DNA of 64,000 nt, from contig CAVXSS010000001.1 of assembly GCA_963764515.1 (NCBI GenBank), forward strand, positions 194,677 through 258,676. The letters are read 5' to 3'. Within the stretch, counting starts at the first letter, position 1; each line of letters opens with the position of its first letter. A program made the position numbers and the translations under genes. The stretch comes from an uncultured Chloroflexia bacterium (GTDB lineage Bacteria; Chloroflexota; Limnocylindria; Limnocylindrales; CSP1-4). Of this stretch, positions 46,111-54,949 are shown one piece after another. The notes under the pieces were generated by a model, which saw only the letters and a list, made by a program, of their open reading frames with translations, ran no database searches and was not told the origin of the DNA.

Positions 46111-46139
46111 CGTCACTATAAACTCGGTTTATAGTGACG
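46111..46139. promoter_or_regulatory. Perfect 13-bp inverted repeat, a candidate PadR operator (alternatively a terminator hairpin of the upstream gene)
   Basis: CGTCACTATAAAC-tcg-GTTTATAGTGACG. It sits 4 nt upstream of the padR ATG and immediately after the NUDIX-MBL stop. The AT-rich core is unusual in this GC-rich DNA. Confidence 0.55.
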
Positions 46140-47411
46140 TCAAGTGCCGGCCGGATGACCCCCGAACCGCATCGAATCGGGCGCGAACGAATCGAGGCGT
46201 GACCTCGAGGCCGCCCACGCGGCCTCGTCTCCGGGGCCGGGCATGGCGTGCGCCCCACGCCGTCCGTCGAGGTCACCGCTCAGCACGATCTGGCCATCGC
46301 CGATCACGAACGCCAGGTGGTCCGGCCGCGGTCCGGGTGTCGCCAGGACACGGAGCGGGACGTCGCCCGGGTCGACGACCTCGCCGTCGGCCAGCTCGCG
46401 GACGGCGTACGGCAGCCGTCGTCCCCCACCAGGACCGACGACCACCTCGATCGCGAGTTGCTCGGCGACGGCCTCGGCGCCGGCCGCGTGGTCCGGGTCG
46501 ACGTGGGTCAGCGCGATCACCCGGATCGTGCCGCCGCGCTCCGCTGCCACCTCGATCGCCCGCTCCGCGCCGGGTCCCGTCGGGTCCCCCGGGTCGACCA
46601 ACACGAACGAACGGCGGCCGACGAGATAGGCGTTGACCGGCTGGCCCGCGACGCCGCCACCGGCCGGCATGACGATGCGGACCACGTCCTGGGCCACCTC
46701 GTCGACCTCGACCTGACCGAGGGTGCCGGCCGCCAACCGCGAGCGAACGTCCCCGAACTCGCGAACATGCTCGAGCTGCTGGAGTGTCGTGCTCGTCGGC
46801 AGCCAGAGAGCCAAACCGCCGGCCGCCATGGCGTCGAGAGCATCGGTCGGACGCAGCCACGCGTGTTCGACCACCTCCTCGCCCTCGATCGTGGCCCTGG
46901 CCCCGTCCGGCAGCTCGGCCGCGAAGAAGCGGGCGTCGAACCGGCGCGGAAAGGTCGGAGGAGTGACCCAGCGGGACAACGGCACGAGCCAGTCCGTCCG
47001 GAGCGTGAGGTCGAGCTGCGCGGCGAGCGCCTGGAACCCGATCTCGCCACCGACCAGGGCCGCACGTGCCGCCCCCAGCGCGCCCGGCGACAAGCCCGGG
47101 CCGACATCGGCGAGCAACACACCTGCTTCCTCGAACGACTCGCGGATCGCGGCGATGAACGCGGCGATCGCCTGGGCCGGTGGCAGGTCGCCGCCCATGG
47201 CGGCCGCCGCATCCTGAGGTGACGCGACGGACCGCGCGACCAGGCTCGGGTGGGCATCGGTCGGGTCGACCCGGCCGCCCGGGAAGACGTGGACATCCGG
47301 AGCGAATGCCATCGACGCCGGCCGGCGACCCAGCAGGACTTCGTGGCCGGCCCTTCCGGAGCGCATCAGGACGACGGTCGCCGCCGGCCGGGCCTCGACC
47401 GGGTCAGCCAC
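46140..47411 (-). CDS. NUDIX hydrolase fused to an MBL-fold metallo-hydrolase domain
   Basis: N-terminal Nudix box (GGRVDP...REsFEEaGV). C-terminal beta-lactamase fold ([12 protein letters not shown], cf. HxHxDH). The GTG at 47411 gives an 8-nt overlap with the upstream stop. The ATG at 47441 is the alternative. Confidence 0.7.
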   Translation of the reverse strand: MADPVEARPAATVVLMRSGRAGHEVLLGRRPASMAFAPDVHVFPGGRVDPTDAHPSLVARSVASPQDAAAAMGGDLPPAQAIAAFIAAIRESFEEAGVLLADVGPGLSPGALGAARAALVGGEIGFQALAAQLDLTLRTDWLVPLSRWVTPPTFPRRFDARFFAAELPDGARATIEGEEVVEHAWLRPTDALDAMAAGGLALWLPTSTTLQQLEHVREFGDVRSRLAAGTLGQVEVDEVAQDVVRIVMPAGGGVAGQPVNAYLVGRRSFVLVDPGDPTGPGAERAIEVAAERGGTIRVIALTHVDPDHAAGAEAVAEQLAIEVVVGPGGGRRLPYAVRELADGEVVDPGDVPLRVLATPGPRPDHLAFVIGDGQIVLSGDLDGRRGAHAMPGPGDEAAWAASRSRLDSFAPDSMRFGGHPAGT

Positions 47412-49458
47412 CGGCAGCCACGAGCTGCGTACGGAACCCATCGACGTCAGTGACCGGCAAGCGGCAGACGAAGCCCCGGCAGACGTAGGCGGTCGGGCGC
47501 CCATCGATCGCCAGGCGCTCGGCCAGCAACGGCACGACGCTCGCGGCGGGATCCGCGCTGACGGCCACGACCCGGTGCGGGCGGAACCCGGTCTCGACGA
47601 CCGCGAGGAGCACCTGCGTCGCCGGATCGGCGAGATCGCCGACGATCGCCACCTCGACCGCCGGCGACAGTGCGAGGTCCATCGCCGAGAGCCACTGCGC
47701 GAAGCCGGTCGGATAGCGCCCGACGAACCCGACGACGGTCCGGAGTGCGCGCTCGGCCGCATCGCGGTAGCGCCCCTCCCCGGTCCATGCCGCCAGGCGG
47801 AGCAGGACCAGGGTCGCGACCGCGTTCCCGGAGGGCACCGCGTTGTCCTGGAGGTCCTTTGGCCGCACCACGAGGCGCTCGTGGTCGTCGGCGGTGTCGA
47901 AGAACCCGCCGGCGGGGTCCGCGAACCGCGCGAGCACGCGGTCCATCAGCGCCCTGGCGGTCGTGAACCATCGTTCGTCGAAGGTCGCCTCATAGAGCGC
48001 GAGCAGGCCGTCCGCCAGGTGCGTGTGATCCTCGAGCACACCCTGACCCGTGGCCCGGCCATCCTTCCAGGAACGTGCCAGTGTGCCGTCGGCGGCCAGC
48101 AGCCCGCCCGTGATCGACTCGGCGGCTCGCGCCGCCGCCGCCCGATACCGCTCCGAGGCGTCCGGATCGTCCCGGCGCAGCAGACGCGCGGCGTCGGCGA
48201 AGGCCGCGATCGCGAGGCCGTTCCAGGCCGCGAGCGCCTTGTCATCGCGGGCCGGCTGCGACCGCTCCGATCGGCGCGCCAGGAGGCGGGCGCGCGAGCC
48301 CGCAAGGCTCGCCTCCAGTCGAGCGTCATCTCGCGGCGGCGGCGTGTGCATGTCCGGCCAGACACGCGAGAGGATCGTGCGGCCCTCCCAGTTGCCCTCG
48401 TCGGTCGCGCCGTAGGCGGCGAGGAAGGGCTCGGCATCGTCGCCGAGGACCTCCCGGATCTCGGTCGCGGTCCAGACGAACGTCAGTCCCTCGATGCCTT
48501 CGGTGTCGGCGTCCTGGCTCGCCGCGAAGGCGCCGTCGGCGGTCGTGAGCTCGCGGATCATGTAGTCGAGCGTGCCCATCGCCACGTCCCGATACCGGGT
48601 TTCGCCGGTCTGCGCCCAGGCGTGGAGGTAGACCCTCGCGAGCTGGGCGTTGTCGTAGAGCATCTGCTCGAAGTGGGGCACGAGCCAGACCGGGTCCGTC
48701 GAGTAGCGGTGGAAGCCGCCACCCAACTGGTCGTGGATGCCGCCGTCGGCCATCTTGTCGAGCGTGAACCGGACGACGGCATCGAACCGGGCGTCGCCGC
48801 CGGCAAGCCGGCGGAGCAGGTATTCGATGGTCATCGGTTGGGGGAACTTGGGCGCCCCGCCCCAGCTGCCGTTGCGCGCGTCGAACGACCCTAGGAGCCC
48901 GCTCGCAGCGGCCTCGAACAGCGCCGGCGTCGGGTCGTCCGTGCCCGCCTCGATGCGTTGCTGGGCCACGAGCGCGGCCACCAGCCGGGTCCCGGCCCCC
49001 TCCACCTCGGCGCGCTGGTCGAGCCAGGTGCGGTCGACGCCCTCGAGGACCTGGCGGAAGGACGGCATCCCGTGGCGCGGTTCGTCGGGGAAGTACGTGC
49101 CGCCGTAGAAGGGCTTGCCGTCGGGGGTCAGGAAGACCGACATCGGCCAGCCCCCACCGCCGGTCATCGCCTGGACCGCGCCCATGTACAGCTGGTCAAG
49201 GTCGGGGCGCTCCTCGCGATCGACCTTGATCGAGATGAAATGGTCGTTGAGGTAGCGGGCGGTCGGCTCGTGCTCGAACGATTCACGCTCCATGACGTGG
49301 CACCAGTGGCACGCTGCGTAGCCGATCGAGAGGAAGATCGGACGGTCGAGCAGTTTCGCGCGCGCGAGGGCGTCGGGGCCCCACGGGAACCAGTCGACGG
49401 GATTGTTGGCGTGCTGGAGCAGGTATGGGCTCGTCTCGCCGGCAAGGCGGTTGGGCAT
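47404..49458 (-). CDS. Thioredoxin-domain protein of the YyaL/DUF255 family (N-terminal thioredoxin fold + six-hairpin glycosidase-like domain)
   Basis: [46 protein letters not shown] matches the DUF255 CxxC block. ~684 aa. Confidence 0.8.
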   Translation of the reverse strand: MPNRLAGETSPYLLQHANNPVDWFPWGPDALARAKLLDRPIFLSIGYAACHWCHVMERESFEHEPTARYLNDHFISIKVDREERPDLDQLYMGAVQAMTGGGGWPMSVFLTPDGKPFYGGTYFPDEPRHGMPSFRQVLEGVDRTWLDQRAEVEGAGTRLVAALVAQQRIEAGTDDPTPALFEAAASGLLGSFDARNGSWGGAPKFPQPMTIEYLLRRLAGGDARFDAVVRFTLDKMADGGIHDQLGGGFHRYSTDPVWLVPHFEQMLYDNAQLARVYLHAWAQTGETRYRDVAMGTLDYMIRELTTADGAFAASQDADTEGIEGLTFVWTATEIREVLGDDAEPFLAAYGATDEGNWEGRTILSRVWPDMHTPPPRDDARLEASLAGSRARLLARRSERSQPARDDKALAAWNGLAIAAFADAARLLRRDDPDASERYRAAAARAAESITGGLLAADGTLARSWKDGRATGQGVLEDHTHLADGLLALYEATFDERWFTTARALMDRVLARFADPAGGFFDTADDHERLVVRPKDLQDNAVPSGNAVATLVLLRLAAWTGEGRYRDAAERALRTVVGFVGRYPTGFAQWLSAMDLALSPAVEVAIVGDLADPATQVLLAVVETGFRPHRVVAVSADPAASVVPLLAERLAIDGRPTAYVCRGFVCRLPVTDVDGFRTQLVAAGG

Positions 49459-49635
49459 GGGTGGATGGTACGTGGCAGGCCCCGTCACCATCGTCTGGTG
49501 ACTGGCCGCCACACAAGGCGCCGGTTTTGGTGCCGGGCGGCACCAGGACCTGGCGAATAACGGCCAGATGAAGGGTCGCGCGTATGGTGTTGGCGACCGA
49601 CCAGGCATACGCTGGCCGCCCGCCAGGAATAGGGG

Positions 49636-51444
49636 GTGTCCTCGGTGGTGAGGAGACTCGGCTCGGTCGTTTCGGCGCTGCTCCTCGCCGGCGTCCTCGC
49701 GTCGGCAGGCGTGGTCGCGCCGGTCGCCGCCGCCTCAGCGGTCCCCAAGGTCGTGTTCGTCGTCGGGCCGGCCGGCGCGGCCACGGATCACTACCGGGGA
49801 GAGGCGCGTGCGGCAGCGGCCGTCGCGCGGCGGTACACGCCCGACGTCACCGAGATCTACTCCCCGAATGCCACGTGGCCCGCGGTCAAGGCCGCGCTCC
49901 AGGGAGCATCGCTGGTCATCTACATGGGTCACGGCAACGGCTGGCCCAGCCCGTACCGCGACGCGCTCTATCGACCGTCCCAGGACGGCTTCGGGCTCAA
50001 CCCCAGGGCCGGCGGGGACGACGCCACGCATCAGTACTTCGGGGAGAGCCGGATCGCCGCCTCGATCAACCTCGCGACGAACGCCGTCGTCCTGCTCCAT
50101 CACCTGTGCTACGCCAGTGGCAACTCGGAGCCGGGCCTCCCGGAGGGCACGCTCGACCAGGCGAAGCAGCGGGTCGACAACTTCGCGGCCGGGTTCATCG
50201 CCGCCGGGGCATCGGCCGTCATCGCCGAGGCCGACGACGACCCGTCCGGCTACGTGAGATCCATCCTGGGCGGTGGACGATCCATCGATGCGATCTGGCG
50301 CTCCGCACCGACGGCCAACGACCACACCTTGGCGTTCACGAGCCAGCGCAGCCCCGGCTACGTCGCCCAGCTGGACCCGACGCACCCGACGTCGGGCTTC
50401 CGGCGCTCGATCGTGCTGCGCGAGGGCCTGGCGTCCGCCGATGTCCTCGCGGGTGCGCGCGGGTCGGCGAATCGCGGTTCGGCGACAGGCGGATCGCCCC
50501 CGATCGTGCCGGGGCCGCCGAACCTGCTCGCGACGGGGATCGGGCTCAGCACGCCGACCATCCACGGTTCGACGACGGCCACCGGCACGGCCACGCTCCT
50601 GATCCCCTTCAGGATCGCCGATCGGAACCAGCTGCCCGCGTCCATCGAGGCCAGCGTGCGCTGGGATCCGCTCGACGTGACGCTCGCCCCGACCGACCCG
50701 GCGACCGAGACTCCCGCCCAATCCGTCGCGCCCGTCGAATCCCCGACGCCGAGTGCCTCGCCCTCCGCCGAGCCATCCGCGACCCCGATTCCGACGCCCG
50801 AACCGCTCCAGCCGCCGCGACCGCCGATCGAGCTCGCGCTCGTGACGCCGGAACAGCTCGGCGACGTCGTCGCCCCGACCGAGCTGCATCTCGGCTCGAA
50901 GTACCTGTCGGTGCGGCTCGCCCTGCCCGCAGCGGCCGGCCGCTACCGCCTGACGATCACCCTGCATGACGGAGAGGGCGTCGCGTACGACCCGGCGACG
51001 CAGGCCGCCCTCCCGAGCCTCATCGTCCGCGTCACGGGCGATCCGGACGGTGCGATCCTCGTCGCCCCGACCGCGACCTTGACCGCGGGGAGCGACGTCG
51101 AGCTCCCGATCCGCGTCGTCAACCTGGGCACGTCCGCCTGGGGGCATGGCCCGACGCTCAGCAACCCCGGCCCGGACGGTCGCGCCGGCGAGGTCTCCGC
51201 GACCCTCGTCGGGCGCTGGCTGTCGCTCGGTGACGATTCATCCACGCTCATCCCCGCGAACGCCGAGATCGGCTTGCCGGCCGGCATGAAGCCGAACGTG
51301 CCCGTCGACCGCGGGCTCGAACTGAGGCTCCCGGCCAGCCCCGGCGAGTACCTCCTTGTCCTCGACGTCGTCACGCCCGAGGACGGCTCGCTGACCGCGG
51401 CCGGCGTCGAGCCCACGATCGTCAGGATGACCGTCGTCCCGTAG
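49636..51444 (+). CDS. Secreted caspase-fold (clan CD-like) putative cysteine peptidase with a Pro/Thr-rich linker and a C-terminal beta-rich domain
   Basis: Signal peptide ([30 protein letters not shown]). His/Cys dyad context [10 protein letters not shown] ... [13 protein letters not shown], each after a hydrophobic beta-strand. A PT-rich linker ([22 protein letters not shown]) follows. Confidence 0.5.
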   Translation: MSSVVRRLGSVVSALLLAGVLASAGVVAPVAAASAVPKVVFVVGPAGAATDHYRGEARAAAAVARRYTPDVTEIYSPNATWPAVKAALQGASLVIYMGHGNGWPSPYRDALYRPSQDGFGLNPRAGGDDATHQYFGESRIAASINLATNAVVLLHHLCYASGNSEPGLPEGTLDQAKQRVDNFAAGFIAAGASAVIAEADDDPSGYVRSILGGGRSIDAIWRSAPTANDHTLAFTSQRSPGYVAQLDPTHPTSGFRRSIVLREGLASADVLAGARGSANRGSATGGSPPIVPGPPNLLATGIGLSTPTIHGSTTATGTATLLIPFRIADRNQLPASIEASVRWDPLDVTLAPTDPATETPAQSVAPVESPTPSASPSAEPSATPIPTPEPLQPPRPPIELALVTPEQLGDVVAPTELHLGSKYLSVRLALPAAAGRYRLTITLHDGEGVAYDPATQAALPSLIVRVTGDPDGAILVAPTATLTAGSDVELPIRVVNLGTSAWGHGPTLSNPGPDGRAGEVSATLVGRWLSLGDDSSTLIPANAEIGLPAGMKPNVPVDRGLELRLPASPGEYLLVLDVVTPEDGSLTAAGVEPTIVRMTVVP

Positions 51445-51470
51445 CTCTGGCGGCCACCCGGCCTGGGCAC

Positions 51471-51788
51471 GTGACCTTTGGGCGGGTGGCGAGTGACTTC
51501 GTGAAGATCGACATCGGGCTCATCCGGGGCATCAACGCCGACGTGTCACGCCAGGCACTCGTGGTCGGGCTGCTCCATTTTGCCCGCGCATCGAACTGGC
51601 ATGTCATCGCCGAGGGGATCGAGACGGCCGCCGAGCTGGCGACGTTGAGGGCTCTTGACGTGCGGTTCGGCCAGGGATTCCTGCTTGGGAAGCCGGGAGA
51701 CGCCGCCACCTGGAGCGCGACCGCCACCGGGGTGTCTTCGGTCAGTTCGAGCCCGCGACGACCGCCGCGCCCTACCATGGCTGCGTGA
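51471..51788 (+). pseudogene. EAL-domain C-terminal remnant (~80 codons of a c-di-GMP phosphodiesterase domain)
   Basis: DFVKIDIGLIRG...VIAEGIETAAELATLRALDVRFGQGFLLGKP are the last conserved EAL blocks. No upstream part of the domain appears in any frame. The stop overlaps the DUF72 GTG (GTGA). Confidence 0.5.
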
Positions 51789-52822
51789 GCGACGCCGTCC
51801 ACGACCCCGGCCCCGATCGCAGCGCGGCGCGCGTCGCGGATCTGCCGCCCGATGTCGCCGCGGAGCCCATCCACCTCGGGCCCGGCCCCGCCGATACCGG
51901 CATCGTCCGGATCGGGACCGCGTCCTGGACCGACCCGACGATGACCGCGGCCGGCGTCTTCTATCCCGAGGGCGCCGACTCCGCCGAGGAGCGCCTCGGC
52001 TATTACGCCAGTCGGTTCCCGCTCGTCGAGGTCGACGCGACCTACTACGCGCTCCCCGCCCGGCGGACGGCCGAGCTATGGGTCGAACGCACCCCGCCCG
52101 ACTTCACCTTCGACGTCAAGGCACACGCCCTGATGACCGGCCAGCCGACCGAGACGAAACGCCTGCCGAAGGACCTCCGGGCCGCTCTCCCCGACGACAT
52201 CGCCGCGAAGCCGCGCATCTACGCCAAGGACCTGCCCGATGCGCTGCGCGACGACGTCTGGGCCTGGTTCGCCGACGGCCTCGAGCCGCTCAAGGAGGCG
52301 GGCCAGCTCGGCTCGATCCTGCTCCAGTACCCGCGCTGGTTCTTCACCTCATCGGAGAACCGCGCCCAGATCGAGGAAGCCATCGGTCGCCTGCGGGACG
52401 CGGGGATGACCGGCGCGGTCGAGTTCCGGAGCGCGTCGTGGTTCAACGAGAAGAACATCGAGCGGACGCTCAAGTTCCTCGGCGATCGGGGGATCCCGAT
52501 GGTCATCGTCGATGGCCCGCAGGGCTTCAAGTCGAGCGTGCCCGCGGTCGTCGCCGCCACCTCACCGGAGCTCGCGATCGTGCGTTTCCACGGCCGCCGG
52601 ACGGAGACCTGGGAGGCGAAGGGCATCCAGACCGTCGAGCGGTTCCGCTACCTGTACGACCGCGACGAGCTCAAGGAATGGGCGCCGCGCGTCCAGGAGA
52701 CCGCGGGCCAGGCGAAGGACACGCACGTCCTCTTCAACAACTGCTACGCGAACTACGGCGCGACCAACGCGCTCGAACTGGCGCAGCTCCTGCTCGACCT
52801 TGAGGCCGCCGACTCGTCGTAG
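51785..52822 (+). CDS. DUF72 family protein
   Basis: IRIGTASWTDP ... YALPA ... FRSASWFNEKN, typical DUF72 blocks. 345 aa. Confidence 0.75.
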   Translation: MSDAVHDPGPDRSAARVADLPPDVAAEPIHLGPGPADTGIVRIGTASWTDPTMTAAGVFYPEGADSAEERLGYYASRFPLVEVDATYYALPARRTAELWVERTPPDFTFDVKAHALMTGQPTETKRLPKDLRAALPDDIAAKPRIYAKDLPDALRDDVWAWFADGLEPLKEAGQLGSILLQYPRWFFTSSENRAQIEEAIGRLRDAGMTGAVEFRSASWFNEKNIERTLKFLGDRGIPMVIVDGPQGFKSSVPAVVAATSPELAIVRFHGRRTETWEAKGIQTVERFRYLYDRDELKEWAPRVQETAGQAKDTHVLFNNCYANYGATNALELAQLLLDLEAADSS

Positions 52823-52828
52823 CGACGA

Positions 52829-53362
52829 CTACGTCGAGGCGTCGCGGAGCGCCTCCGCCCGGAGCTTGGCCAGGTACGCCGAGGCACCCTTGTAGTTCGG
52901 CCACGTGACGTCGTGCTCGTACGGCGATGACGCCTCGGAGAGTCGGTGACTGCCAGGTGCAATGGCTCGACCACCAGCAGCAGCCCGCAGTCGCCGGTCG
53001 AAGGTCATGAGGGATCCCTCAACCGCGTCAGCAAGGGCCAGGTACATCGCGTCGTACGAGGTCAAGGAGTGCCGCTCGGCAAAGTCGATCGCCGACAGCA
53101 GCAACGCTCGATCCAACTCGACCGTTTCGAGCTCCATCTCGTCGAGGTCGCGCAGCGCCCGAACGACCTCGGAGGTGGGCCAACGATGACGCCGGATCAG
53201 CGAATTCACGACCTCGAGCCAGAAGTGCGACGGGGTGACGATCCGGCGACGCTCGCGAGTCCATCTGTCAACTGCAATCGCGGCGGCAGATCCTTCGGAC
53301 TCATCGCGAACGATCGAGACCGCCACGGAGGCGTCGATGACGATCGCGGGCAACTCATTCAT
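52829..53362 (-). CDS. vapC: PIN-domain toxin of a type II TA pair (VapC-like) with a C-terminal extension
   Basis: AIVIDASVAVSIV (first PIN acidic residue) ... LTSYDAMYLALA. The ATG overlaps the antitoxin stop (ATGAATGA). Confidence 0.75.
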   Translation of the reverse strand: MNELPAIVIDASVAVSIVRDESEGSAAAIAVDRWTRERRRIVTPSHFWLEVVNSLIRRHRWPTSEVVRALRDLDEMELETVELDRALLLSAIDFAERHSLTSYDAMYLALADAVEGSLMTFDRRLRAAAGGRAIAPGSHRLSEASSPYEHDVTWPNYKGASAYLAKLRAEALRDAST

Positions 53363-53696
53363 GGTCGAGCGGGGGGAGTCCACGAGCCGCACGATCGATT
53401 TGTTCGTCTCGCCGTTCGTATTCGCGATGTCGCCATTCGACCTCGGTCAGGCCATCGTCCGGGGGCGGGTACTTCTCGGCCATCTCCTTGCCGAGTGCGA
53501 CGAGCCGATCGAGGGCGGCCAACCGGCGTCGAAGGCGCTCATCCTGATCGGGATCCAACCGCCGGCCATCCTCCACAGACACCAGGTACGCCAGGGGGCG
53601 ATGGTCGCGCTCGATCAGGATCCGCTCGCCCGCCGACGCGGCGTCGAGGATCTCGCCGAGGCGCTTGCGCATGTCCATCGCCGTCACGGTTCTCAT
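53355..53696 (-). CDS. vapB: Phd/YefM-type antitoxin
   Basis: MRKRLGEILDAASAGERILIERDHRPLAYLV matches the Phd/YefM N-terminal fold. It lies immediately upstream of the PIN gene. Confidence 0.75.
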   Translation of the reverse strand: MRTVTAMDMRKRLGEILDAASAGERILIERDHRPLAYLVSVEDGRRLDPDQDERLRRRLAALDRLVALGKEMAEKYPPPDDGLTEVEWRHREYERRDEQIDRAARGLPPLDHE

Positions 53697-53963
53697 GATT
53701 GATCATGATAATCGTATATCATGGTCGGTCGAGGCGCCACGGCGCCCGGCCAGCCGGGCGGGCGTGCTTCCCAGACAGCACGGGGCGTCCCAAGGGCCTG
53801 ATCGACCATGCTGGGTGCCCATTCGGTGTCTGGTGGGCACGCGTGCGCGCCCAACCCGCTCGATGCAACGGTTCAGTGCCATGGTGCTGTCTGCCAGGCA
53901 CGCGCACGATCCCGGCCCAAATCCATGACGTCGCGCAGATATCGCTGTCGTAGGCTATCGCCT

Positions 53964-54578
53964 ATGAGTGCGAACGCCGTGGCTGGCTTCCTGCCGAGCA
54001 CCTGGGGGCTGCATTTCGCGAACAACTATCCGTCGGGGCCCACCGTCAAGCTCGGGCCCCTCGATCCGCGCTGGGTCGGCATCGGCGACGCGAGTTCGGG
54101 CCTGTGCGGGGGGATGAGCTGGTACGTGCGCGACGCGTTCGCGGCGAAGCGCCCGATCCCGCCCGACACGACCGCCCCGGCCAACGGCACGCCGCTGTTC
54201 AAGGCGATCGTCCGGAACCAGGTCCAGTCGCTCTACTGGCTGAGCGTCCCGCTGCGGTTCTACTGGCTATCGGCATTCGTCGGCGGCAAGCCCGGCCGCC
54301 GGGCGGTCGACCATGAGTGGGCCAAGATCACCGGCGCCATCGACGCCCAGAAGCTGCCGATCATCGGGCTCATCCGCAAGTCGTCGTGGAACCCGTTCAA
54401 GCTGACCTCGAACCATCAGGTCCTCGCGTACGCCTACGACGACGATGGCACGACGCGCCACCTGAAGCTCTACGACCCGAACCACCCCGACGACGACACG
54501 GTCGTGATCACCATCGACGCATCCGGCCTCAAGCAATCGACCGGCGAGGACCTGCTCGACCTCTTCAACGCGGGGTAG
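53964..54578 (+). CDS. Hypothetical protein, putative papain-fold cysteine peptidase
   Basis: 204 aa. Candidate triad Cys (GLCGGMSWY), His (SNHQVLAY, ~112 residues later) and Asp (YDPNHPDDD, ~16 residues later). This spacing recalls YopT/AvrPphB (C58)-type enzymes. Confidence 0.35.
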   Translation: MSANAVAGFLPSTWGLHFANNYPSGPTVKLGPLDPRWVGIGDASSGLCGGMSWYVRDAFAAKRPIPPDTTAPANGTPLFKAIVRNQVQSLYWLSVPLRFYWLSAFVGGKPGRRAVDHEWAKITGAIDAQKLPIIGLIRKSSWNPFKLTSNHQVLAYAYDDDGTTRHLKLYDPNHPDDDTVVITIDASGLKQSTGEDLLDLFNAG

Positions 54579-54949
54579 GAGGAGACAAGGGACTGGGGTC
54601 CAACGAGCGCGCCTGCTTGGAGCAACCGTCGGAATTGGGCGGTGATAGCGGAGACTTGATCGGGGCTCGGCCAAGCCGCCCGTCCGGTTGGCAGCAGCAG
54701 AGGTCGTCCCGCGAACACGGGTGGTTGATCGACACCGATGCGGTGACGGCCGCAGCCTCCCTGAAGTGCTTGCTCGATACGTTCACGACGAAGTCCGACA
54801 ATCAATGATGCGGATGGGTGCGACGCCCGCCGACAAGCGATCGACGCAGATCGAGTTCACGAATTGACTGCTCCGCTTCATGAGCAGCGCCAAGACAAGC
54901 GGGCCAGCGTTTGATGACGCCATCGACATCTCGGGTACCTTTCGAGCCT

